From the NCBI GenBank assembly GCA_004431415.1, contig QPMI01000563.1, positions 62,001 through 126,000 on the forward strand: a DNA stretch of 64,000 bases. The letters are read 5' to 3'. This DNA comes from Cyanophora paradoxa CCMP329. Its lineage: Eukaryota > Plantae > Glaucophyta. This document shows positions 11,666 through 22,700 of this stretch, one piece after another. A program made the translations under genes and the position numbers. Positions within the stretch are counted from its first letter, which is position 1. Each line of letters starts with the position of its first letter. The notes beneath the pieces were generated by a model. That model had not been told where the DNA came from and did not search any database. It saw nothing but the letters and a program-made list of their open reading frames with translations.

Positions 11666-14295
11666 CTACATCTGCATAGCGCGCCGGAGGTGGCCGCCCC
11701 ATTCAGCGGCCACGTAGATCAATATGTTCACGGCGATCAAGAATATGATGACCTGCGATTAGCGCGATTAGCCGGCGCCGGTTGGGTGCTTGGGGGGAGC
11801 AGGGCGCCGCCCCGGCCCGCCGCCCGAGCACAGCCAAGCAAGCGCAGCTAAGCACAGCAAGGGCGCTAAGCACCCGCATGAGGAAGGAGGCGTTCTTGTC
11901 GTTCATCTGGTCGACGAGGACCTGCGCCGGGGCCTCAGGGGCGGAGCGGCGGGGCGGGCGGGGCGGGCGGGGCGGGGGCGCACCTCGTCGAACTCCTTGA
12001 GGGCGTCCAGCCGCTGGTTCAGCACCCGCACCCGCGTCCTGCGCGCGCGCCCGCCGTCAGGGAGGGCGGCGAGGGCGGCGGGGGCTGGGCCAAGCGCGCG
12101 CGCTCACTTCAGGTTCAGGTAGCTCGCCGTGGCGAGGTACAGCGGCTCCAGCTCTGCCCCGCCGCGTCGGGGGGGGCGGAAGGGGAGAGGAGGAGAGGGG
12201 TACCGGAGAACTCCCAGAAGAACTCGGGGACGTCTGCGCGCGCGGGGGGCGGCGGGGCGTGAGGCGGGGCGGGGAGGGGTCGGGGGGCGGGGGCCGGGGG
12301 CGGGCCGAGCATCTCGGAGTGGAGGTTGACGGAGGAGCGGAGGAGGAAGAGGTGCCCCACGTGCTTCGCGATCCCCGACGACGAGAGCGAGATCCGCCCT
12401 GCGGTCGAGTGCGAGGCGCGCCGCGTTCAGAGAGGGGCGGGCGGGGGGCTGTCGAGGGGACGGGGGGCAGGGGGCACCGTCGCGGGCCATCTCCTCGGGC
12501 AGCTTGCGCGTCCTGCGGGCGCCCCGCGTCGGCCCGGCGCACCCCGGGCGAGCGCGCCGGCGGCGGCACGCGCGGGCACCTCTCGATGGTGCGCTGCGTG
12601 CGGCCCTCGAAGTCGTCCAGCTTGATCGAGAGCCCGATGGCTGCGCGCGCGTGGGCGGGGGCGGGGGCGAGGGGGGCGGGTGTTGCGGGGCACCGTGGGA
12701 GTAGGCGAGCTTGTAGAGGATGTCCTGGATGCGGTAGCCGAGGCGGCCGCGGCGCGCGCGGTCGATCCCGTCCGAGGAGGAGTGCACGGGCACCGGCGGC
12801 CCCGCCCCCGACGAGGGCCCCGCCTTCGGCCCGTCCGCACCCGCCGCCGCCGCCGCAGCCGCGGCGCGGGTGGGGCTGGCGGGGGCGGAGCGCCGGCCGG
12901 CGGCGGTCGCGGCCGCGACGGCTGCGCCGGCGCCGGAGTGGTCGAAGGTCGCCTCGGGCTCCGTCTCCGCCCCGCGCGCCGCCTCGCCCACCCCGGCTAC
13001 CCACGCCCGCCCCCGTCACGCCACCGCCACCCCGCCGGCACGCCGAGGCGCGCACCGCGCTGCAGCCTGGCGCGCCAGCCCTCGTCCTCCGTCGCCTCCC
13101 CCGCGGTCTGTGAGGGTCGCGGCGCGCTCAGAGGAGGCGGGCGTAAAGCGGCGGGAGGCGGGGGCACCTCCTCTCCGGCGGTGTCGCCGGCGGTCTCGGC
13201 GCCGCGGTCGGGCCCCGCGGGCCCCGCCGTGCGGCCCCGCTCCGGGTCCGTGGAGGAGGCCCCGTCCGACGTCGACTGCCGCCGCGCGCGCGTCAGCGCA
13301 GCCCCTCAGCCTCGGGGCGCCCCCGGAAGGGAGGGCGGGCGGACCTTGAGGCGCATGGAGGGCAGCCGGAACTCGTCCCGCACGATGCTCACCATCCGCA
13401 GCGCCGCCTGCGCGAGGGCGAGTTGAGCCGGCGCCGGCCCGGGCAGTGTTTGAGAGGAGGGGAGCGGGCGCGGGCGGGCCTTGGGGTCGGTCGCGAGGGC
13501 GCGGCTCCACGTCTCCTCGAGCATGCGCGGGAAGCTCTCCTGGTACACGAACCGGAAGTCGTCTGCAGGCGCGATGGGCGGGGGCGTCAGGCGCGATATG
13601 TGCGGCGCTGCGCGATTGGAGTTCGAACGCAGGGCGCGCCGTCCTTCGTGTCGGGACCCAGCGGCTGCTCCTCGCAGCCGGACTCCCGCAGCTCCGCGAG
13701 GACCCTGCCGGCGGGGCGACGGGATCAGATCCAGGAGCGCGGCGCACGTGGCTGAAGGAGCGGCGCACTTGAGCTCCTCGGAGCGGCGCAGGCCCCACAT
13801 GACGACCGCGCCGTAGGGGAAGAAGAAGAGGTCGCAGAGCTCGTCGTCGCCGAACGGGACGTGGATCACCTCCTGGAAGAACTGCGGCTGCCTGCCCTTC
13901 CTCCGCATGTAATCGAAGAGCTCCTCCATCCTTCGCATGGGGAGAACGCGCGACTCGGCCCGGCAGCGCGATGCGGGTCAAGGGTGGCACCGACCGGTAT
14001 TCGCGAGCCGTGCAGAAGCTCGTCGTGCGGCCACGGCGCGAGTCTTTCTCGGGCAGCCAATGAGCCTTCCGCAGCTCATTCCTGCGCACGTTGGGGAGCG
14101 GAGGCAGAGTCGGGGACGGCAAGCGTGCCTTCTGTAGATCTCGCGCGTCGACCGCTTCTTGGGGTCATCTACGCCGAGCACAGCTTCGACTCCGGCCTCG
14201 CGCCCGATGACCGCGTCGGACGCGGTGCCGTAGTCGCGGGGCGTACTCCCCGATCGAAGAAGCCGGGCACGCGGGACGAGCAAGTTGGCGTCCAT
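11666..14295 (-). CDS. RMD1/RMD8 family (DUF155) protein
   Basis: RTTSFCTAREY, DLFFFPYGAVVMWGL, LAYSH-AIGLSIKLDDFE, LPEEMARDG, GHLFLLRSSVNLHSEML, PEFFWE, LEPLYLATASYL, RVRVLNQRL and a C-terminal hydrophobic VIIFLIAVNILIY. Confidence 0.9.
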
Positions 14296-14549
14296 GCCGC
14301 GGGGCGTCCCGCTCTACGAAGCGATGTCGAGCGCCTCTGCGGGCCGTACGCGACGCGCGTCCCGACGCCGACTAGTACGGCGACTACTGCTCCACAGTCG
14401 CCCCTTTTAACTGACGTAACACGCTACAAATGCTTGAGAGAGCTCTCTTCGCCGATTCTCGCTGCTCCTAATCGTCGCAGAGGCCCTTCTCGGCCTTGGT
14501 CCCGAAACTCCCGCCTCCGCAGTTCGAACCCGCGACTCGCGGAAGCACC

Positions 14550-17500
14550 ATGAATTCGGCGCAGCTCCTTCGGCGGCTCCCTGCGCTCTCCAGGGTGCGG
14601 CCCTGCCGAAGAAAAGCGATCGCGCCGGCCCGCGCAGCCCCAGCTAAGGGCGGGGACCCGTCGCAGCCGTCGGCCGCGTTGCGGGGCTCCCGGAGCGTCG
14701 CCCTGGGCCTCTTCGGCGCGCGCGCGTCGGGTGCGTCGCGCCTCGCCCGCGGGCCCGGCCCCTCGCGCGGCGCCTGACGGTTCTCCGACCCATCGCGAAC
14801 CTTCGCAGCTGCGCGGGCACTGCCCAGCTTCGCGGCCCCGCAGCGGGTCTTCCACGCCTCTGCGCTCCGGGTGCGCGCCAGATCGACCTTCGGATGCACC
14901 CGCGCCGGCCGGCAGCTAATGCGGCGGCGGCGCCCGCAGCGCAATGATGAGGCGGCGAGCTCTGCGGCCGGCCCCGCGGATCCGAAGGGCGAGAAGGTCA
15001 CAGGTGCGCGACCTCGATCCCAGCGCGATGAGCGCGCCCCTGCGCGCAGCGGAGCCGCGCGCTGGGCAAGCGAGGAGCGCCCTCCGACGCGGGCGGCGCG
15101 CGCAGGCGCCGCGGAGCGCATGGAGTTTCAGGCGGAGACGCGCCAGCTCCTCGATATCGTCGCCCACTCCCTCTACACGGACAAGGAGGCGCGCCGCGAG
15201 CCCGCGCGCGCCCCGACCGGCCGGCCCGGCCGCCCACCTGACCGCCGCCGCCTCCTTTCTCCTTCCTGCACTTCCGCAGGTCTTCGTGCGCGAGCTCATC
15301 AGCAACGCCAGCGACGCCCTCGAGAAGGCCCGCTACGTCTCCGCGCTCGGACAGGTGCCCCGCCGCCTCCGACCTGGGGGGGTACGCGGGTGCTGACGGG
15401 AGGGGTACAGGACCTCGCGGACGCGACGACGGCACCGATGCAGGTGGAAGTGTACACGGACGAGCAGGCGCAGACCATCACCATCCTCGTGAGCCGCGCG
15501 ATCGTCCGCGCGCGTACCCCGGTCCAACCTCTACCCCCCAGGACCACGGTATCGGCATGACGCACGACGAGCTCATCCAGAACCTCGGCACCATCGCCCG
15601 CTCCGGTTCGCGGGTACGGTGTTTCGGGGTACGCATCTAACGGGGGGGCACAGGTTCGAAGGCGTTCCTTCAGAAGCTCCGCGGGGCGGACGGTGGCGCC
15701 GCAACCCCCGGAGACACCGCTACCAACATCATCGGCCAGGTCCGAGCCTGTACCCCCTCTTTCTGTGATGCCCCCTCTTACCCTCCCGCGCAGTTCGGCG
15801 TGCGTTGCCGTACCCCTCCTGCCCCCTCCTGTCTTTGTTCGACACCATACCCCCGCAGGTCGGCTTCTACTCCGCGTTCATGGTCGCCGACAAGGTGAGA
15901 GGGCGCCTCGGGGCGCGCGCACCCCCTCCCTCTCGGAATCGATGTACCCCCTCGCCCTTCGCAGGTGACGGTGTTCTCCCGGTCGGCGACGCCGGGGAGC
16001 CCCGGGTACTGCTGGACCTCCGACGGGTACGCCGCCTGCTCCCCGGCCGACCCTCGCCCCCCCCTCGACCCGCCTCCTTGCCCGCAGGACGGGCACCTTC
16101 GAGATCGCGCCGGCGGAGGGCGTGCAGCGCGGCACCAAGGCCCGCCCCGCCCGCCGCTCGCTCGCGGAGGCGCCGTGGCTGACGTGCGCGTGCCGACCAG
16201 ATCGTGGTGCACCTGAAGGAGAGCGAGAAGCAGTTCGCCAAGGCCGGCGTCGTCCAGGGTCCGCCCGCCCGCGCACGCTGCCACGCCGGTGGCCCCGGAG
16301 GACTCTGATGTCGCCCCTGCACACGGTCGACGCCGGCAGATATCATCAAGAAGTACAGCAACTTCATCTCGTTCCCCATCTACCTCAACGCCGCCCTCGT
16401 CAACCTCGTCTCGGCCCGCCCGCCCCCGCCCCTGCGCCCCGCTTCCCTTTCCCGCCGCCCTGACTCCGACCCGCCCCGCGCCGCGCGCAGCCGCTGTGGA
16501 TGAAGGACAAGAACCAGGTGACGGAGGAGCAGTGCGCGGGCCCCCGCCGTGCCCCGCCCGCCCGGGCCCCCCGGGAACCCTCTCTCGGCAGGTACGTGGA
16601 GTTCTACCGGTTCGTGGCGAACGCGGTGGACGAGCCGCGCATGCGCCTCCACTTCGCCGCCGACTCCCCCATCAACCTCCGGTGCCCCCCGCCCCGCCCC
16701 CCTGCCCCCTCGGCCCCGCGCCCACGCGCCGGGCGGCCAGCGTGCTGCTCTTCGTGCCGCGCGAGCACAACGAGAAGTACGGCTTCGGCCGCATGGAGTC
16801 CGGTGCCCCCGCCCCTTCCTCCCCGCCCCCGCCCCTTCCTCCCCGCTTCCTTCGCTGAGGCGTGCGGGGCAGGGGTCTCGCTGTACAGCCGGAAGGTGCT
16901 GATCAAGGGCAAGGCGAGCATCCTCCCCGAGTGGCTCCGCTTCGTCAAGGGTGCCCCCGCCCCCCGTCGCTTTCGCCCCCGCCGCCGACCGGGGCCGGGG
17001 CGGGGGCAGGGGTGGTGGACAGCGAGGACATCCCCCTCAACATCTCCCGCGAGAACATGCAGGCCCGCCCCCGTCTCCCCCGAGAACCGCCCCAGCCCCC
17101 GCCTCGCCCCCTCCCCTCACCCGCGCCCCAGGACTCCTCCCTCATCCGCCGCATCGGCACCGTGCGCCCCGCCCCGCCGCTCCTTTTCTCCGCTCCGCCG
17201 CCGCTTACCCTCGCACCGGCAGACGCTGACGAAGCGGCTGCTCAAGCACTTCCAAGACGAGGCGCGCGGCCGCCCCGCCCTCTACGACTCCTTCTTCAAG
17301 TGCGCCCGCCCGCGCAGGCTCGCGGGGCGGGGCGCGCTGACGGCGGGGCGGGGCGTCAGCGAGTACAACATCTTCCTCAAGGAGGGCATCGTCGCCGACC
17401 CCCAGCACCGCGTCCGCCCCCGCCCCTTCCCGCCCCCTCTTGCAGCGCCGACGCTGACGCCGAGGGGCCGGGGCGGGCAGGATGAGCTGGCGAAGCTGCT

Positions 17501-19200
17501 GCGGTACGAGAGCAGCAAGAAGCCCGACGGCATGGTGCGCCCCTGCAGAGCGAGCCAGGCCGCGCCGCCTGACCGAGCCCCGGGGGCCCGCTGCAGGTCA
17601 TCTCGCTGGAGGACTACGTCAAGGGGATGAAGGAGGGCCAGAAGGTGCCCCGCCCGCCCCCGCGCTCCCCCGGGCCGGGCGCCCGACGCGGGGAGCCGCC
17701 GGGGGCAGAACATCTACTACCTGGTGGCGTCGAGCCGGGCGGCGGCGGAGGCTTCGCCCTACCTCGACGCCCTCCGGTGCCCTCCGCCCCCGCCGCCCCC
17801 CGCCGCCCGCCCCGGCCCCGCTGAGGGCGTGCGCGCAGGGCGGACGACATCGAGGTCCTCTTCTGCTACCAGGCCCTCGACGAGTTCGTCATGAGCCACC
17901 TCAACCAGTGCGCCCCCGCCCCGCCCCGCCGCCCCGCCCCCCCCCGCCCCGCCCCGCCCCCGCGCCCCGGGGGCACAGCTGAGAGGCGCGTCAGGTTCGA
18001 CGGGAAGGCGCTGAAGTCGTGCGAGGACCCCGACGTGGAGGCAAAGAAGACCGTGCGCCCCGCGCCTGCGCGTGGGGGGCTGGCGAAGGGCGCTCCGGGG
18101 GGAGAGCCCGAGGCGGGGGGGCGCCGGCGCGCGGCCGCTGCTCCTCGCCGGCCGGCCTTACGTGGCGCCCGCCGCCCGGCCCGCAGGAGAAGTCCGAGGA
18201 CCCGAGCGTGGACCTCAACAAGACCGTGCGCCCCTTCGCTCCCTCCTTCAACTTCGTCCCGCACTGAGGCGGGGGCGGGCGGGGCGCAGGAGGCGCAGGA
18301 GCTCGCGGACTGGATCCTGAAGGCCAACAGCGACAAGCTCGCCTCCGTCAAGGCCCGCCCCCCGGCCCGCACGCCTCATCCCCCCTCGGCCCCTCATCCC
18401 CCGCGTCAGGTGAGCGAGCGGGTGACGTCGGCGCCGGCGATCGTCGTCGGGCACGGCGGCTCCACGATGCGCAACGTCATGCGCATCCTCCAGCCCGACT
18501 CGGTGCCTCCCCTCTCCTGCTCCACTCCTCGCCACCCCGCTCCGATCATCTGACCGACTGGCCCGCCAACGCACGCCAGTCCATTGGGGGGCCCGGGAAG
18601 CAGCAGCTTGAGATCAACCCGCACCACGTGGTACTCTATCGCCCTCCCTCCCTCCCGGCGCCCGGCGGGGCCATCACGCCGGCACCCCGCTCCGCGCAGG
18701 TGTGCTACCGGCTGTTCCGGGCGAAGCACGTGGACCCCGAGCTCGCCAGGAAGGTCGCCGAGCAGATGGGTCCGCCCCGCCCCGCCCCGCCCCGAGGCCC
18801 CAGCTCGAGCCTCGCTCGCCCGCGCCGCCGCCTGGTCGTGACCCCCGCCCGCCGCCGCCGCGCAGTGGACAACGCGATGATCGCGGCGGGGCTGATGGAG
18901 GTGCGGGCAGGAAGGCCCGGCCTCGCGCGGGGCCGTGCGTCGCCTCTCGGTCTCAGGGGGCTGGTCGCGCAGGACCCGCGGGTGATGGTCTCCCGCCTGA
19001 ACAGCCTCCTCGAGGCCGCCCTCCCCGAGTACGAGGAGGTGCCCCGCTTTGGCAGCTCCCCCCGGGGTCAAGATCCCCGCTGAGAGGGCCGCCCCGGGCC
19101 GCAGGTGACGTCGACGGGCCAGACGGGCGCCCCCGGCGCCGGCCCCTCGGCATCCTCCTCCGCGGGGCCCCTGGAGGCCGAGTACACCGAGAAGAAGTAG
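14550..19200 (+). CDS. TRAP1: Mitochondrial HSP90-family chaperone TRAP1/HSP75 (many introns)
   Basis: Presequence [121 protein letters not shown].H; no C-terminal MEEVD or KDEL. Confidence 0.95.
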
Positions 19201-19780
19201 CGAGGGCGCACTGCTTTAGTTTCACCGCAATTTGATTTCAAGAGGATTTTCGCGATCGGGACTTCGAGTTCGAGTTCGGGGGCCGCCGGGCGGGGGGTCG
19301 TACGCGCGTGCCGGCCCGCGGCCCGCGTTGCGGCTCCAGAAATCGAGACGAGGTCTCGCGTGCGCATGCGCATGCATGCGCATTGTAATTGCAATGAATT
19401 CGAAGAGATGTTCTGTGAGCTCGCTGGGCCGGGTAGCCGGCCGAGCAGCAAGCCGACTCGCAAGCGTATTGGAGACTCGGAGTTGCAAGCGCATCGGCGC
19501 CGGCGGTACCGGCCGCGGCGGGTTGAGCGTTCGCACAGCTAGCGCTGTACCGAGGGCGCGGCTTCTCGATGGATGCCCGGTCAGGACGAGCGCTGCAGCT
19601 GGCGTCCTATAGCTGCATGCTGAGCAGCTTCGACTTGGCGACAGAGTAAGCAGTCACCGAGGGGTACAGCACCGAGGGATAGGGGGGACGATACTGAAGA
19701 GGGCTACATACATCCTGTCGACAAAACGATAAGCCGCAGCCCAGCTACACTCGACACAGAACGGCAACTAACGGCTCTCC

Positions 19781-22700
19781 ATGGGTTGGAGAGAGGTCCA
19801 GGCGGCGCTCACGCCGCCGGACCCTGACCTAGAGCAGGCCAGAGTTAGCGCAGCAATCGCAGCTGCAGCCAAGAAGAAGCCGAAGCCCCTGAACCCAACA
19901 TCCGTTGCTGGTGAATGCATGTGCTTAGCTAAGCGATACCTAGCTAGCGATGCCCGATCTTAGCTGGCAGCGTCGCTCGCCTCCGCGAGCCTCGCCGGGC
20001 CTAAAGCGTGCGCGAACGAGTCACTGTTACTGATTCCGTGGCCTCTGGCGCAGCTGGAGACTCGGCTCTGCAGCGACAGATCTGCCGCCTCCTGAACGGG
20101 CCGGGGCCGCTCCCTGGCTCCCGCGAAGCGGACTCGCGGCCAGCCAGCCGGGCGGCGACGGGATTTGATGGGCCTCCGTCCCCGTACGGGTCGCGCCCGC
20201 CCTCGCAGGCGGCCTCCGCCGGCGAGCTCGCCTGGTTCGAGCGCCCGCCGAGCTCCCCGGGCTCGCCCTCGTCCGCGCCGGGCGTCCCGAGCTTCTACGG
20301 CCGCCCCGCCACCGCCCCGCCCTCCCGTGCGCGCCCCGCCCCGCCCCACTCGCCTCTGCCTCGGGCCGCCCCCGACGCGGCGGCGGCGCAGCGACGGGCT
20401 CGCGGGCGTGGACGCCGGCGACGACGGCGGCCGGCTGGTCCTCCCAGGCCTCCCTCTTCCCCGGCGCCGCCGGCGCCCCGGCGGGGGCAGCGGGTGCGGG
20501 GCGTCGCGGCGGCTGCTGGCGCTGGCGGACGCGCGGGCGGACGCGGCCGGGGTGCGGCGCGGGGCCGGCCTCGACGAGGCCGCCGAGGCCCTCACCGGCC
20601 TCCTCCTCGACCCCCGCCTCAAGGCCCGCGGTACGCCACCTCTTCTTCCTTCCACGCCCGCTTCTTTGTGTTCTCGTGTCGCCTGAGCGCGCGGGGCAGT
20701 CATCTTCCGGTGGGTGGCGACTCAGATCCGCCTGCGCATCCCCGGCGGGCCGCCCACGCGCCCGCCCCCGCCGCCCCCGCCCCCCGCCGAGCCGGCGGCG
20801 CCGGGCAAAGCGGCCCCCGGGGCGCCTGGCAAGGCCGCTGGAGCGGCCGGGGCGGCGAAAGCCGGGGGGCCGGCGGGGAAGGCCCCGGCGGGCAAGGGGA
20901 AGCCCGGAGCGCCCGAGCCGGCGCCAGAGCTCGAGGTGCACCCCTGCTTTCTCTGTTCCCCTGGTTCCCCCTCACCGCGTCACCCCGCAGGGGCCCCCTC
21001 CCCCCGAGAAGCCCCTCTCCCCCACCGAGGCCGCCCTGAAGGACTTCGAGACCGAGGTTCGAGCCCCTCGGGGTCCCCTTGCTCCCCTGCCCTCCCGCTG
21101 AGGGCCCCCGGGCGCAGGACCCGGAGGTGTACGCGGACCTGTACCGGGAGCTGGCCTGGCGCGCAGGCCTCCGCGTCGTCAAGGTACCCCCCTCGCCCCC
21201 GCGCGCTGCGGCGGCCGCCTCCCGCGTGACCGCACCCCCGCGCAGATCACCGGCACGACCGCCGGCTTCTCCCCGCTGTGCGCGCGCCCCGCCATCCGCT
21301 CGGCGCCGCCTCGAGCGATTCGGGGCGCGCAGGGGGATCAAGCAGGAGCGGCTCGCCTGGTGCCTGGTCGACGTCGACGGCGCCTGGCGGTGCGGGGCGG
21401 GGGCCCGGCCCTTCCCTCAGCCGCCCCCGCAGCTGCCCTCACCGCCGCCTGCGCTCGCGGCAGGTGCGTGGACACGTGCTGGGGGGCGGGGCGGGTGGAC
21501 CGGCAGCGGAAGCTCTTCTGCCCGGCCTACGACGACTTCTGGTGCCGCCTGCGCCCCCGCCCCCTCGCCCCGGCGGGGCCGCCCCCTGAGCGGGCCGGGG
21601 CAGGTACTGCACGCCCCCGGAGCTCTTCGCCCTCTCCCACCTCCCCGACGACCCCGACGACCAGGTGCCCCCCGCCCCGCCCCGCCCCGCCCCGCCTGAG
21701 GCCCCCGTAGCAGCTCCCCTTCCCCGTCTCCCGCGACACCGCCACCTCCCGCGTCATCCAGGTTCGATCCCGCGCCCGTCCCGCCCCTCTCCGTCGTCCC
21801 GACGAGCTCCCCCGCTCTGCAGTTCCCCGCCGCGTTCGCGGCCGGGCTCGAGCCGGCGGAGCCGCGCCTGTGCGCCCGCCCCGCTCTCAGCGCGCCCCGC
21901 CCCTCCCGCCCCGTCCTTGCCCGAGCCTCCCCCTTTCGCGCAGGGAGAAACGGTTGCTAAAGCTCTCGCCGGAGGAGTCGGAGCTGATGCTGGCGTTCGG
22001 CGCGCCGGCGCAGGGCGGGCGCCCGGCCCCGCGCCTGCGCGTCGAGCTCAAGCGCCGCCGGGGGCCCGACGGGGCCTCCGGGGCGCGCCTCCCCAAGCGC
22101 GCTGGCTACGTCCTCCTCTCCGGTCCCTCCCAGGCGCGAGCGAGCCTGCCCTGCCCTGTTCGCCTCTGCCTCTCCTCGTGCTGAGCCGTCGGCGGCAGGA
22201 GGGCGGCCGGGCGCAGTGGCGCGCCCGCATCGTCTTCCCCCACGCCGGGCGCTACAGGTGCGAGCGGGGGGCGCGGCTGGGGGGGCGGTGCGGGCCTGAG
22301 GGGGCGGCAGCGTGCGTGTGGTGGAGGCGCCGCGTCCGCCCGAGCGCGAGGCGCGCCCCCTCTTCAAGTACCACGTGCGCCCCCGCGCCCGCCCCGCCCC
22401 CGCCGCTTTCCCGCGCCGGGCGCCGAGGGGAGGACCGGGGGCCGGGTAGGTGGAGGTGGGGGAGGGGAGCGCGGCGGGGGCGGACCCGACCTTCCCGCAG
22501 GCCTTTGCCCTCGCCTCCCCCGACGCCCTCCGCCAGGTCCCCCTCGCCCGCCTCTCCGTCTCCCCGCGCAGCCTTCGCCTCACGCGCGGCGGCAGCTCGC
22601 GCTGGAGCCCGTGTCGCACCCGTCGGCCACCATCCACCTCGCCCCGCCGGGGCCCCCGCCGGTCCTCGCCCCGCCCCCGCCCCCCAACCGAAAGGAGTCC

